Positions 20,821 through 31,190 of a stretch of 64,000 nucleotides of DNA are shown here, piece after piece. Numbering within the stretch: position 1 is the stretch's first letter; each line of letters begins with the position of its first letter. The notes under the pieces were generated by a model, which saw nothing but the letters and a program-made list of their open reading frames with translations, did not search any database and was not told where the DNA came from. This DNA comes from an uncultured Desulfospira sp. (GTDB lineage Bacteria > Desulfobacterota > Desulfobacteria > Desulfobacterales > Desulfobacteraceae), in NCBI GenBank assembly GCA_963663165.1, contig OY760175.1:1824001-1888000 (forward strand), read 5' to 3'. A program made the translations under genes and the position numbers.

Positions 20821-21092
20821 TTTAAAATCGATTGTCCTGGTGTCTGAATAAAAAGGTAATTTTTCAAAGTATGCAAAAATCGCCGAACCGTGTCAACCTG
20901 CTTTTGGTTTTTTCGCCGGGGTCGCCTTTTGCCGGGGAACCTGCCTTAACCGCGATCTTGGAGGGAATGTAATGTAAAAACTTTAGGGGATTAGGCTGAA
21001 GGCTGAAGGGGTTTAGGGTTGCGAATCCCTAAAGATGGTGCATCCCTTCAGCCTAACCACCTTCAGCCTAAACCCCTAAACTTAATTGAAGA

Positions 21093-21671
21093 TTATCCTT
21101 CCATTCCCAGGATTCGTTTCACTGCCAGCGGGATCTTTTCCAGCGGCAAGACCACATCAACGACATTGGCTTCAATGGCCGCTTTTGGCATAACAGCGGC
21201 CTTTGCCTGGGCCGGGTCCTGGGCAATGGTATATCCGCCGCTGGCCTTTACCGCAGCCATCCCCCGGGTGCCATCTGAGTTGGCGCGGGTAAGGATAATG
21301 GCGATCAGGTTATGGCCGTAAGCTTGTGCGGCAGACTCGAACAACACATCAATGGACGGCCGTGAGTAGCAGACCGGATCATCCACAGACAGGGCAAAAT
21401 GGCGATCCTTTTCCACCAGAAGATGATACCCGGCCGGTGCCACATAAACGATTCCCGGCAGGACCGGTTCCTTATCCACGACTTCTTTTATTTTGAGCCG
21501 GCAATTTTGGCCAATGGCGTCAACCAGCCAGGATTCCTCATCCTCGCTCCGGTGCTGCACCAGGATGACAGCACCGGCAAACCCCCTGCCAAATTGCGGC
21601 AAAATCAGGCTCAAGGCTTTCACCCCCCCGGCGGATGCGCCGACGGCCACGGCCTTAAATGCGGTCTTCAC
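21093..21671 (-). CDS. cheB: Stand-alone CheB methylesterase
   Basis: GASAGG, VQH, RPSIDVLFESAA, A..DG, MPKAAI; no REC domain. Confidence 0.9.
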   Translation of the reverse strand: MKTAFKAVAVGASAGGVKALSLILPQFGRGFAGAVILVQHRSEDEESWLVDAIGQNCRLKIKEVVDKEPVLPGIVYVAPAGYHLLVEKDRHFALSVDDPVCYSRPSIDVLFESAAQAYGHNLIAIILTRANSDGTRGMAAVKASGGYTIAQDPAQAKAAVMPKAAIEANVVDVVLPLEKIPLAVKRILGMEG

Positions 21672-22516
21672 TGTTTTTCCTTTGCAACACCGCCCGGCCG
21701 TTTCTGATATATTTTCCGCTCTTTATCAATGGTCACAAAATCAGACGAAACCGATGAAAATTCAATGGTCTCCCGTCCTCCGAGACAGAGAAACCCGTTG
21801 TTTAACAGGCTGTCATAAAATTTTTTGAGCACCTTATTTTTAAGGGCCCGGTTAAAGTAAATGAGGACATTCCGGCACAAAATAAGATTCATCTCCCCAA
21901 AAACCCCGTCACAGACCAGATTATGATTGGCAAACACGATATTTTTCTTTAATGATGACCTGAAAATCACCGCGTTGTAATCAGCGCGAAAATACTTGCC
22001 AAAGGATTCTTTACCGCCGCTGTGCTGGTAGTTGACGGTGCTTTTTTTGATCATGGATGCGGCGTATATCCCCTTTCTGGCCTCGGCCAGGGAGTCTTCA
22101 TCAAAATCCGTGGCATAGATGACGGCATTGTCATACAGCCCTTCTTCTGTGAGCAGCACTGCCAGGGAGTAGGCCTCAAGACCGGTTGCCGTTCCCGCAG
22201 ACCAGATTTTGAGGAACGGATAGGTTTTAAGGTAAGGGGCTATGGCGGTTCTCAATGCCAGATAAAAGGCTGGATTTCGAAACATCTCGGTAACATTAAC
22301 CGAAAGATTGGCCAGAAACCGTTTAAAACAGTCAGGGTCATCAAGGATCTTGAGGATCAGTTCCCCTGCCCGGCCAAGGTTTTCCTCTTTAAGGTTTTTC
22401 CGGATCCGCCGGGTCAGCGACGCCTGGGCATAATTGGTAAAATCATACCCGTACTTTAACTGTACAGCCTTTAACAGAAGGGCCATTTCGATTTCTTCAT
22501 CGGTCATCATCATCAC
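21668..22516 (-). CDS. cheR: CheR-type protein-glutamate methyltransferase
   Basis: YGYDF..Y, NVTEMFR, IWSAG..TG.EAYS, ILCRNVLIYF. Confidence 0.92.
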   Translation of the reverse strand: MMMMTDEEIEMALLLKAVQLKYGYDFTNYAQASLTRRIRKNLKEENLGRAGELILKILDDPDCFKRFLANLSVNVTEMFRNPAFYLALRTAIAPYLKTYPFLKIWSAGTATGLEAYSLAVLLTEEGLYDNAVIYATDFDEDSLAEARKGIYAASMIKKSTVNYQHSGGKESFGKYFRADYNAVIFRSSLKKNIVFANHNLVCDGVFGEMNLILCRNVLIYFNRALKNKVLKKFYDSLLNNGFLCLGGRETIEFSSVSSDFVTIDKERKIYQKRPGGVAKEKQ

Positions 22517-22574
22517 TGGCCACTACCGGCCTCCCTTCTTCCAGTCTCCGGACTCCCGTTCTCCCGTTCTTCAT

Positions 22575-25500
22575 CTAAGACAACCATACCCTGAGCATGG
22601 TCAACAGCTTGTCCGTATCCAATGGTTTGGACAGGTAGTCATTGGCACCGCACTCAATGCATTTATCCCTGTCAGAGGCCATGGCCTTTGCCGTCAGGGC
22701 CAGTATGGGAAGATCCTTGAACTTTTCCTGTTTGCGAATCTGCTTCATGGTTTCATACCCGTCCATTACCGGCATCATGATGTCCATTAAAACAATATCC
22801 GGGGTATCCTCTTTTTCAAGGGCCTCAAGGGCTTTTTCACCGTTATTGGCAATCATCACAGCCATGCCCTTTGATTTGAGGAATTTATTCAGGGCAAAGG
22901 CATTGCGCATGTCATCATCCACCACCAGCACCTTTTTGTCTTTAAGGCTGCCGTGTTTTTCACGCTCTTTTTTAAGCCCCTGCTTCTGGTCTTTGGACAT
23001 GTCGGTTTCCACCTGATGAAGAAACAGGGCGGTTTCATCAAGCAGGCGCTCCATTGACGCCGCCCGTTTTAAGACAATGCTCGACGCATAGGTTTCAAGT
23101 TCCCGGGTTTCTTCACGGGTCAGGTCCCTGCCGGTATAGATAATGACCGGGATCATGTTGATATCAGGGTCCTTTTTAATCATGTTCAGCAGCTTAAAGC
23201 CGGAAATATCGGGAAGCCCGATATCCAGGATCATGCAGTCAAACCGGCCGGTTTTAAGCAGGTCCATGGCTTCCTTTCCCGTATTGGCGGCCGTGGCCTT
23301 GACATGGTTGGAGCCGATCAGCTTCATGATGCTCAATTGAAGTTCTTTATCATCTTCAATGACCAGCAGATTTTTCACATCATCGGATAAAATATTTTCA
23401 ATCTTTTCCAGGGCCAGATTTAAGCCGTCCGGGGAAACCGGCTTGGTTAAATAGCCCACAGCCCCCTTTTTGATTCCCTGTTCGGACTCGTCGAGTCCGC
23501 TGATAATATGAACCGGGATGTGGCGGGTAAAGGAATTTTGTTTGAGTTCGGCAAGGACTTCCCAGCCGTCAATGCCCGGCAGGCCGATGTCCAGGATAAT
23601 GGCGGCGGGGTGTTTTTCAATGGCATATTGAATCCCGGTTTCCCCATCCGGGGCCACCAGAGGCTCATACCCGTTTTTCCTGAAATAATCTTCAAGAAGC
23701 GTTGAAAATTGCCGGTCATCTTCAATGATCAGCATGGTTTTGGGGCACTGGCTTACGGATGAAGGCAATGTCGGCCCCTCCCGGGTCTCCTGTGGCGGGG
23801 GGGGCGCCGGTTTAATTTTTCCGGCCGGCGGGGCCGGCGGCCGGGGCCCGGGCTCAGCCACCGGGGCAGGCGCCCCATTTTCGCCGGTAAAATGAATGGG
23901 AATATAGACGGTAAAGGTAGATCCCCTGCCGTAAACACTGGTGGCTTTGAGCTCTCCGCCCAGGATGGCACAAAGCTCCTTTGAAATGGACAGGCCAAGA
24001 CCGGTGCCGCCGTGCTTACGGCTGATGGAGCCGTCCACCTGCTTAAAGGCTTCAAATATAATTTTGATTTTATCTTCGGGAATCCCCTCTCCCGTGTCAA
24101 TAACGGAAATGGCCATACAGGTTTCATGGGAAAGGGTTGGATTGGAAAGTTTAACGGCTGGATCAGGAAAGGAAAAATCAAGGGTAATGGATCCTTTCTC
24201 TGTAAATTTCATGGCATTGCCCACCAGGTTCCTGATGACCTGCTCCAACCGGTGGACATCCGTGGTGATGGTCTCGGGCAGCCCCTCTGCCATGGTCACC
24301 ACAAATTCAAGGTGTTTCTCTTTGGCCATGTGAAGAAATTCTGTTTTAAAATTTTGGCCCAGTTCTTCAATGGTAATCCCGGTGATGCTCAGTTCGATCT
24401 TATTGGCTTCAATTTTGGATAAATCAAGAATATCATTGATTAAATGCAACAGGTTCTGGCCGCTTCGATAAATGGAGGTGGCGCTTTCTATCTGATCCTC
24501 GGTCAGGTTCTGCTCGTCATTTTCAGCCAGCATATTGGCCAGAATCAACAGGCTGTTCAACGGGGTTCTCAACTCATGGGACATGTTGGCCAGAAACTCT
24601 GATTTGTATTTGGTTTCAATCGTGAGCTGTTCGGCTTTTTCTTCAATCTCCTGCTGTTTGACCTGAAGAATGGTATTCTTTTTTTCAATTTCTTCTTTTT
24701 TGGCTTCCAGCATTTCGGTTTTTTCTTCAAGTTCCTCATTGCTGGCCTGGAGTTCCTCCTGCTGGGCCTGAAGTTTTTCTTCAGATTCTTTTAAGACCTG
24801 GGTCTGTTCTTCCAACTCCTCATTGGATGCCTTGAGTTCTTCCTGCTGGCTTTTGAGTTCTAAGGCCTGCTTTTTGGTCTGGTCTAAAAGCCTGGACAGC
24901 TGATCGTTAAACATGGCGGCATTGATGGCAATGGCCAGGGTATCGCCAACAGATTCCAGAAATTCCATCTTGGTGTCGGAAAAAGAGGTTAAGGACCCCA
25001 GCTCAAGCACCCCTTTAACCTCTCCTTCGTAAATCAGGGGAATCACCAGGATCAAATGGGGCACCACATTTCCCAGGGAAGATTCGATATGGATATAATC
25101 TTTGGGGATATCCGTAAAGACAATGGTCTTTTTTTCCAAAACCGCCTGGCCGCCAAGGCCCTGGCCCGGTTTAAACCGGTTGGCAAGCCCCTTCCGGTAT
25201 TTGAAGGCGTAACTGGCCACCAGATAAAATTCTTCGGCCTGCTCATCCAAGACAAAAATGGTCCCCACATGGGCCCCTGAATAAGTACAAATAAAATTAA
25301 CCGCTTTGCCGGCCAGCTTGGTGATGCTCTGTTCGCCGCCGATGATACCGCTCAGTTCTGCCTGCCCGTTTTTTATCCAGTTCTGGTTTTTTGTGACGCT
25401 GTCGGCTTTTTCAAGGGTTTCCAGCATTTTATTTAACGACGGGACCAGGTCATCCTCCCGGGATATGGGGGACATCCGGTAAGCATAGGCTTCATTATCA

Positions 25501-26315
25501 ACAGCCGTTTGCAGGCTTTCAAACAACTGCCTGAAATTTGAAATCCGTTCTTCGAGTTCTGCTTGCAGATCGTCGCGCTCCTGCTTCCTGGCCTTGATCT
25601 GCTCAACCATATCAATAAAACTGTTAAACAGGACCCCGACCTCATCGGCTTGTTTTTTCCGGTTCAATTTAATTGAAAAATCTCTGGACCGGGCCAGATT
25701 CCGGGCAATGCCGGCCAATTCTTCAATGGGCTTGACGATGCGCAGGATTGAAAACAATACCACGCAGACAACGATCAGACTGCTGATGACATAAGCCGCC
25801 AGAATTCTATAGTTGAAATGATGAACCGCCTCAAGGATATGCCGGTCCGTATAGAAAAGCTCGAACCTTCCGACCGTTTTGTCATTAAACCGGATGTCTT
25901 TTGAAACTTTCTTAATGTTCGAAACCCCCGAAGGAATCCGGTAAGGCACCTTTGAGCTGCTAACGGCAATTTTTTGATTTTCCTGTCCCTTTTCGCCCTT
26001 TACAGGGGGCAGCTGCCTGGAGGTACTGATACAGGAGGCCTTGTCAAAAATATTAATGGCAACGATAAAATCATTTTCCAGGATCATCCCGTTCAACCGC
26101 TCGATCTCACTGTAATCCTGCCCCCATAGGGGCTTGGAATAGATAAACTCCGAAAAATGGATAACGCTTGACAGGGAATTGTTCAAATATCCGGTCAACC
26201 GGACCGTATTGTCCCGGGCCATGATAAAAAGCGCCACCATACCGATCATTGAAACCGCAAGCAGGATAATGGCCGCAAGTTTAAAGGCGACTTTCTGTTT
26301 GATTCGCGAAAACAT
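22575..26315 (-). CDS. Hybrid histidine kinase (HAMP-GAF-coiled coil-HisKA-HATPase-3xREC)
   Basis: [34 protein letters not shown], three REC domains; adjacent to cheR/cheB. Confidence 0.92.
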   Translation of the reverse strand: MFSRIKQKVAFKLAAIILLAVSMIGMVALFIMARDNTVRLTGYLNNSLSSVIHFSEFIYSKPLWGQDYSEIERLNGMILENDFIVAINIFDKASCISTSRQLPPVKGEKGQENQKIAVSSSKVPYRIPSGVSNIKKVSKDIRFNDKTVGRFELFYTDRHILEAVHHFNYRILAAYVISSLIVVCVVLFSILRIVKPIEELAGIARNLARSRDFSIKLNRKKQADEVGVLFNSFIDMVEQIKARKQERDDLQAELEERISNFRQLFESLQTAVDNEAYAYRMSPISREDDLVPSLNKMLETLEKADSVTKNQNWIKNGQAELSGIIGGEQSITKLAGKAVNFICTYSGAHVGTIFVLDEQAEEFYLVASYAFKYRKGLANRFKPGQGLGGQAVLEKKTIVFTDIPKDYIHIESSLGNVVPHLILVIPLIYEGEVKGVLELGSLTSFSDTKMEFLESVGDTLAIAINAAMFNDQLSRLLDQTKKQALELKSQQEELKASNEELEEQTQVLKESEEKLQAQQEELQASNEELEEKTEMLEAKKEEIEKKNTILQVKQQEIEEKAEQLTIETKYKSEFLANMSHELRTPLNSLLILANMLAENDEQNLTEDQIESATSIYRSGQNLLHLINDILDLSKIEANKIELSITGITIEELGQNFKTEFLHMAKEKHLEFVVTMAEGLPETITTDVHRLEQVIRNLVGNAMKFTEKGSITLDFSFPDPAVKLSNPTLSHETCMAISVIDTGEGIPEDKIKIIFEAFKQVDGSISRKHGGTGLGLSISKELCAILGGELKATSVYGRGSTFTVYIPIHFTGENGAPAPVAEPGPRPPAPPAGKIKPAPPPPQETREGPTLPSSVSQCPKTMLIIEDDRQFSTLLEDYFRKNGYEPLVAPDGETGIQYAIEKHPAAIILDIGLPGIDGWEVLAELKQNSFTRHIPVHIISGLDESEQGIKKGAVGYLTKPVSPDGLNLALEKIENILSDDVKNLLVIEDDKELQLSIMKLIGSNHVKATAANTGKEAMDLLKTGRFDCMILDIGLPDISGFKLLNMIKKDPDINMIPVIIYTGRDLTREETRELETYASSIVLKRAASMERLLDETALFLHQVETDMSKDQKQGLKKEREKHGSLKDKKVLVVDDDMRNAFALNKFLKSKGMAVMIANNGEKALEALEKEDTPDIVLMDIMMPVMDGYETMKQIRKQEKFKDLPILALTAKAMASDRDKCIECGANDYLSKPLDTDKLLTMLRVWLS

Positions 26316-26632
26316 AGATTTTATTTCTCCCTAGCGTGATACGAGGATACGATCACTTTGAACATACTGTTATCCTTTTTTTTTCGTCAAGCTTTTTAAT
26401 TAAAACCGGCATTTTTTTCAAACCTATGGGGAAATATATCGAAAAACACATAATGGCTGAAGCGGCCGTGGCCATAAGTCCGGTTGAAAGGATATTTCCG
26501 TTTAAAGGCGAACCATTGCAAGCCTTATGCTTTACAAGGGATAAAGAAAAGTGGTAAAAGCATGGCCGGCCTTTTAACGTAAGGGCCGTAAAAGGGTTAA
26601 TAACCCCATAATGATTAAAGGAGACTTAACGT

Positions 26633-27319
26633 ATGAAAAAGTATAGCGCAGAATTTTTTGGAACCTTCTGGCTGGTTCTCGGGGGGTGCGGCAGTGCGGT
26701 GCTGGCCGCCGGATTCCCGGACGTGGGCATTGGGCTTTTAGGGGTTTCCCTGGCCTTTGGCCTCACGGTGCTGACCATGGCCTTTGCCATCGGCCATATA
26801 TCCGGATGCCATCTTAATCCGGCGGTTTCCGTCGGGCTGTGGGCCGGGGGCCGGTTTCCGGCAAAAGACCTGGGACCCTATATTATTGCCCAGGTGCTCG
26901 GGGCCATCGCCGCCGGCGGGGTGCTGTACCTCATTGCCAGCGGGAAAGCCGGATTTGAACTGTCTGCCGGATTTGCATCAAACGGGTACGGGGAGCATTC
27001 TCCGGGAGGCTACAGCCTGTTTAGCGCCCTCATCACCGAGGTGGTCATGACCATGATGTTTATTATCGTCATTCTCGGTGCCACAGACCAGCGGGCACCC
27101 CAGGGGTTTGCCCCCATCGCCATCGGGCTGTGCCTGACCCTGATCCACCTGATCTCTATCCCGGTAACCAACACCTCAGTCAACCCGGCCCGCAGCACCG
27201 GCGTTGCTTTATTTGCCGGCGGCCCGGCCATGTCACAGCTCTGGCTGTTCTGGATCGCGCCCATTCTGGGCGGCCTGCTCGGGGCAGCGGTGTATCGCCT
27301 TATCCTTGACAAAGAATAA
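26633..27319 (+). CDS. aqpZ: Aquaporin Z
   Basis: ISGCHLNPA and [12 protein letters not shown] motifs; AqpZ-like [15 protein letters not shown]. Confidence 0.95.
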   Translation: MKKYSAEFFGTFWLVLGGCGSAVLAAGFPDVGIGLLGVSLAFGLTVLTMAFAIGHISGCHLNPAVSVGLWAGGRFPAKDLGPYIIAQVLGAIAAGGVLYLIASGKAGFELSAGFASNGYGEHSPGGYSLFSALITEVVMTMMFIIVILGATDQRAPQGFAPIAIGLCLTLIHLISIPVTNTSVNPARSTGVALFAGGPAMSQLWLFWIAPILGGLLGAAVYRLILDKE

Positions 27320-27415
27320 GCGCCCGCTGTTTATCGCATAAATGTAAAACGGTGCCGGGATTTTTCATATCCCCGCACCGTTTTAATTTCCAAAAGCCTT
27401 CAGAGACAAGCCTTC

Positions 27416-29377
27416 TTATTCACAGTCACCCACATACTCCCAGGCATCTTCCCAGTCCGATCCCACGCCGGGTTCGTAATAATCGGCCGCATCAATATTG
27501 GCCCATGCCCCATAGGGCCATTCTCTGACCTGATAAATGGAACCGTTATTCTGCACCTGCTGACCGTAATCATAGTCACCCAGCCCTTGGGGGTAGTCCA
27601 GCAGGTCGGCACAGGAACCGGTGCTTTGCGACGAACTTTGCACGGTGATGGCAACGGTTTCAGAAGTGGTGGTGTCCCCCTGGTCATCGGTGGCCACGGC
27701 CGTGAGGTCGTAACTGCCGGCGGCAGGTTCAGCCCATTCAACGGCAAAAGGGCTCTCATCATCCACCCCCAGGGAGGTCCCGTCATAAAAGAACTCTACC
27801 TGGGCAATGGTGCCGTCTTCATCTGAGGCGTCAGCTTCAATGGTCACACTGTCGCCCACCGTATAAACATCCCCGTCTTCCGGGCAGGTGATGGAAACCT
27901 CCGGGGCCTGGTTGCCGCTGCTGCTCCCGCCGCCGCTGCCGCTGTTGCAGGTGCCCTGGTCTTCCCATACCCCCCATTCATCGTCTTCATCGGGTTCATC
28001 GCCCTGGGTCCACCACTTGGCCTCCCACTCGTGCCCGTTATAGGAGACCACATCACCGGCGGTATAGGTGTCATCTTCATCCCATTCATCGGCCGTACAG
28101 ACATCTTCTCCCACCACAATGGTTACCGTGGAAGAGGTGACCTGTGCCCCGGTATCGTCCGTGGCCACCGCCGTCAGGTCAACCATGCCCGAGGTTGAAG
28201 TGGACCAGGTCATGCTGTAGGGAGCGGCAGCATCGGTTCCCGTCGTGGTGCCGTCCACCAAAAATTCCACCTGGGTGATGGAACCGTCACTGTCGCTGGC
28301 ATCGGCGGTAATGGTAATGGTTTCATCCAGATCAAAGGTATCCCCGTCTGCAGGAGAGGTGATGGAAACCGACGGCCACAGGTTACCGCCGCTGCCGTCC
28401 ACAGTGTAATTTTGAAACACCGTGGTATAGGCGTAATCCTCTATTTCAAGGCCGCTGCACTTGGCGCTGACGGTTCCAACATCACAGTCGCCGTTGTCCC
28501 GGCTCACCGACCACATGGACAGCAGGCTGACCTCAGAACTGGATTGGGCCCAGCTCAGCAGGGTGGCCGCATCGCTTAAGTAAAACACCTCGGTGGTAAC
28601 ATCATTATAGCCGATCATGGGGGTGACCCCCATGGTCACATCCGTATCAATACCCAGGGCCAGGATCTGCTCATAGGTATTCTCGGCGGCCTGGATCGCA
28701 TAATCGCCCATCTGCCCGTCAGGATCCGGTGCGGCACTGTCCCCGTAATCCATGGCCATGACATTGACCACATCAATATCAACCCCGGCCTCTATGGCGC
28801 TTTGAATTACATAAAGCCCGTCACTGGTCAACCCGGTGGGCAGCACCGGAAGGCAGAACGCCACTTTCAAATCCGGGTTGGCATCCTGCAACTGCTTGAT
28901 CACCCGGTTCCTTCGGTCAATAGATGCTGTATCGGCCACGGCAGCCCCTTCAATATCAAAGTCCACCCAGGTCAGGTCATAGGCATCAATCACACCCTGA
29001 TAGGCGGCCAGAAGTTCTGCTTCATCTTCAACGCTGAGGGCAAGCTCGGTGCCGTTGGCCCCGCCAAAAGAGACAATCACATCCCCGCCAAGGGCCCGCA
29101 GTTCTGCAATTTCATCGGCATAAAAATCGGTGCCGTAGGTGGACTGCCCGCCCCAACCGGGCTGGGCCGTTCCGCTTTCCGTGATAAAGGCCAGGGTAAA
29201 ATACTTTTGCCCGGTTTCTTCATAGATCTCCACCAGGGACGGGGTGGGCCACAGGGTAATATCAATATACGGGGCAAATACCCGGTCCGGCAGGGTGCCA
29301 AAGGCCGACAGGGGCCACCACACGGCCATGAACAGGAATGCCAGGCACCATTTTTTTATGTTTTCTGTTAACCTCAA
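27416..29377 (-). CDS. Secreted GH18 chitinase with Ig-like and chitin-binding modules
   Basis: Signal peptide, FAPYID, VSFGGANG, DFDIE, NVMAMDYG; two Big-like repeats (P.VSIT.P..G); CBM5/12-like Y..GD.VSY.G..W.AKWWTQG. Confidence 0.88.
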   Translation of the reverse strand: MRLTENIKKWCLAFLFMAVWWPLSAFGTLPDRVFAPYIDITLWPTPSLVEIYEETGQKYFTLAFITESGTAQPGWGGQSTYGTDFYADEIAELRALGGDVIVSFGGANGTELALSVEDEAELLAAYQGVIDAYDLTWVDFDIEGAAVADTASIDRRNRVIKQLQDANPDLKVAFCLPVLPTGLTSDGLYVIQSAIEAGVDIDVVNVMAMDYGDSAAPDPDGQMGDYAIQAAENTYEQILALGIDTDVTMGVTPMIGYNDVTTEVFYLSDAATLLSWAQSSSEVSLLSMWSVSRDNGDCDVGTVSAKCSGLEIEDYAYTTVFQNYTVDGSGGNLWPSVSITSPADGDTFDLDETITITADASDSDGSITQVEFLVDGTTTGTDAAAPYSMTWSTSTSGMVDLTAVATDDTGAQVTSSTVTIVVGEDVCTADEWDEDDTYTAGDVVSYNGHEWEAKWWTQGDEPDEDDEWGVWEDQGTCNSGSGGGSSSGNQAPEVSITCPEDGDVYTVGDSVTIEADASDEDGTIAQVEFFYDGTSLGVDDESPFAVEWAEPAAGSYDLTAVATDDQGDTTTSETVAITVQSSSQSTGSCADLLDYPQGLGDYDYGQQVQNNGSIYQVREWPYGAWANIDAADYYEPGVGSDWEDAWEYVGDCE

Positions 29378-29886
29378 TGTTTGTTTCCTCCTTTGCTCGT
29401 TTCAAGTTAATGGCCGGGTTTCGGCCGGCACAGGAAACATTTAGCAGCAACCATGCCGAAGTCAGCACCATCCCCTGATTTTGTAACCGGCAGCCCTGGT
29501 TCAAGGCACGGATAAGGCAAAAGGAAAAGGCCGGTAAGAACCGTATTTTAATGGAAAGAAGGCGGGTTATAAAAAAAGAAACCCGGTATTTCAAAAAAAA
29601 CTGATTCTGATACCGGGCAGGTCCATTAAACGGATACGGCCGGTGACAGAAGGGTAACCTTTCAGCGTTTTAAGTGAAGATATCGTAACCCGGGTGAAAA
29701 TATGGTAACTAACGGCCATGGGCCGCTCCCGCCTAAAGCCAAATTGGTTTAAAGATTTGTTCGATTTCGATACCGATTTCGATTCCGACAGCCTTGAAAA
29801 ATTGATGGAAACAAGGGTAATCTTTTAAAGCGTGAGGCCTGGGTTTAAAAATGACGGCACAATTCAAAAGGGAACCTCTGGGCTAA

Positions 29887-31083
29887 ATGAAGACCTTCAT
29901 CATTACAGCACTGTTGATACTATCCTTTCTTTACGGGTTTTCAGGACTTCGAATGATTGCCCCCTTAAAACTTAAAAGGAAATGGCGGGTCTGCCTGTGG
30001 GGGGCCTTGATTTTCTGTCTGGCCGCCCTGCCCCTGGCCATGGTGGCCCGTTACCGGTTCCCCGGCCACTGTCTTGCCCCGTTTTTGGCCTGGTTTGCCT
30101 ATATCGCCTTTGGGTTCATCACCCTTATATTCCCCGGTATTTTGATCAGAGACGCCGGCCTTGTCGTGCTTAAGATCATTAAAAAATCATTCAGAAGGCA
30201 GCCCAAAGCCCGCCATAAAGAGGGGGCCGGCAAACCGGACGCGGCCGATCCGTCCCGGCGTCTGTTCCTGGTCAATACCACCAATGCCGCCCTTGCCGGC
30301 AGTGCCGCCGCCCTGACCGGGTACGGCATTTTCCGGGCCGTGAACGCCCCGGATGTGGTCCATGTGGATATCCCCATGGCCAACCTGCCGGCGTCGTTCC
30401 AGGGATTTAAAATCCTTCAGATTTCAGACCTGCACATCAGCATGACCTTGAAAAAGAACCATGTTCAGGCCGTGGTGGACCGGGCCTGCCAGGAACAGGC
30501 CGACATGATTGTGGTGACCGGAGATATGGCCGACGGCCATGAAAAAGACCTGGGCCCCAATGCCCTGCCCCTGTCAGACCTGAAGGCCAAATTCGGAAAA
30601 TACTTTGTCACCGGGAACCATGACTACTATTCAGGGGTCGCCCCATGGCTTTTGCGGATGAACCGTTTGGGGTTTACCCCCTTGATCAACGAACACCGCA
30701 TCATTGAAAAAAACAACGCCCGAATCGTCCTGGCCGGGATCACGGATTACCGGGCCGGCCGGATGGTTCCCGGCCATGCCTCAGATCCGGTAAAAGCCCT
30801 TTATGGCGCCCCCCAGTCCATTCCCAAAATCATGCTGGCCCACCAGCCCAAAAGCATATTCGGGGTGTCCCCTTTAGGGGTGGACCTGATGATCTGCGGC
30901 CACACCCATGGCGGCCAGTATATTCCGTGGAATTTCATGGTTCCCCTGGATCAGCCCTATGTTCACGGGCTTCACCGCCACGGCAATACCTTGGTCTATG
31001 TCAGCCGGGGGACCGGCTACTGGGGACCCCCCATAAGGGTCGGGGCCCCCCCGGAAATCACCATCTTAAGACTGACAGCCTGA
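29887..31083 (+). CDS. Membrane-anchored metallophosphoesterase (YkuE-like)
   Basis: SDLH, TGD..D, GNHD, AHQP, GHTHGGQ. Confidence 0.9.
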   Translation: MKTFIITALLILSFLYGFSGLRMIAPLKLKRKWRVCLWGALIFCLAALPLAMVARYRFPGHCLAPFLAWFAYIAFGFITLIFPGILIRDAGLVVLKIIKKSFRRQPKARHKEGAGKPDAADPSRRLFLVNTTNAALAGSAAALTGYGIFRAVNAPDVVHVDIPMANLPASFQGFKILQISDLHISMTLKKNHVQAVVDRACQEQADMIVVTGDMADGHEKDLGPNALPLSDLKAKFGKYFVTGNHDYYSGVAPWLLRMNRLGFTPLINEHRIIEKNNARIVLAGITDYRAGRMVPGHASDPVKALYGAPQSIPKIMLAHQPKSIFGVSPLGVDLMICGHTHGGQYIPWNFMVPLDQPYVHGLHRHGNTLVYVSRGTGYWGPPIRVGAPPEITILRLTA

Positions 31084-31190
31084 TCGGGCCACCCATCTTT
31101 GGCTGAAGCCTTCTAACCCGGATATAAAAAAATCCCTTTTCCCGGGTAAGCATTTATACCCGGGGAAAGGGGACGGTTCAGAACCTGAAA

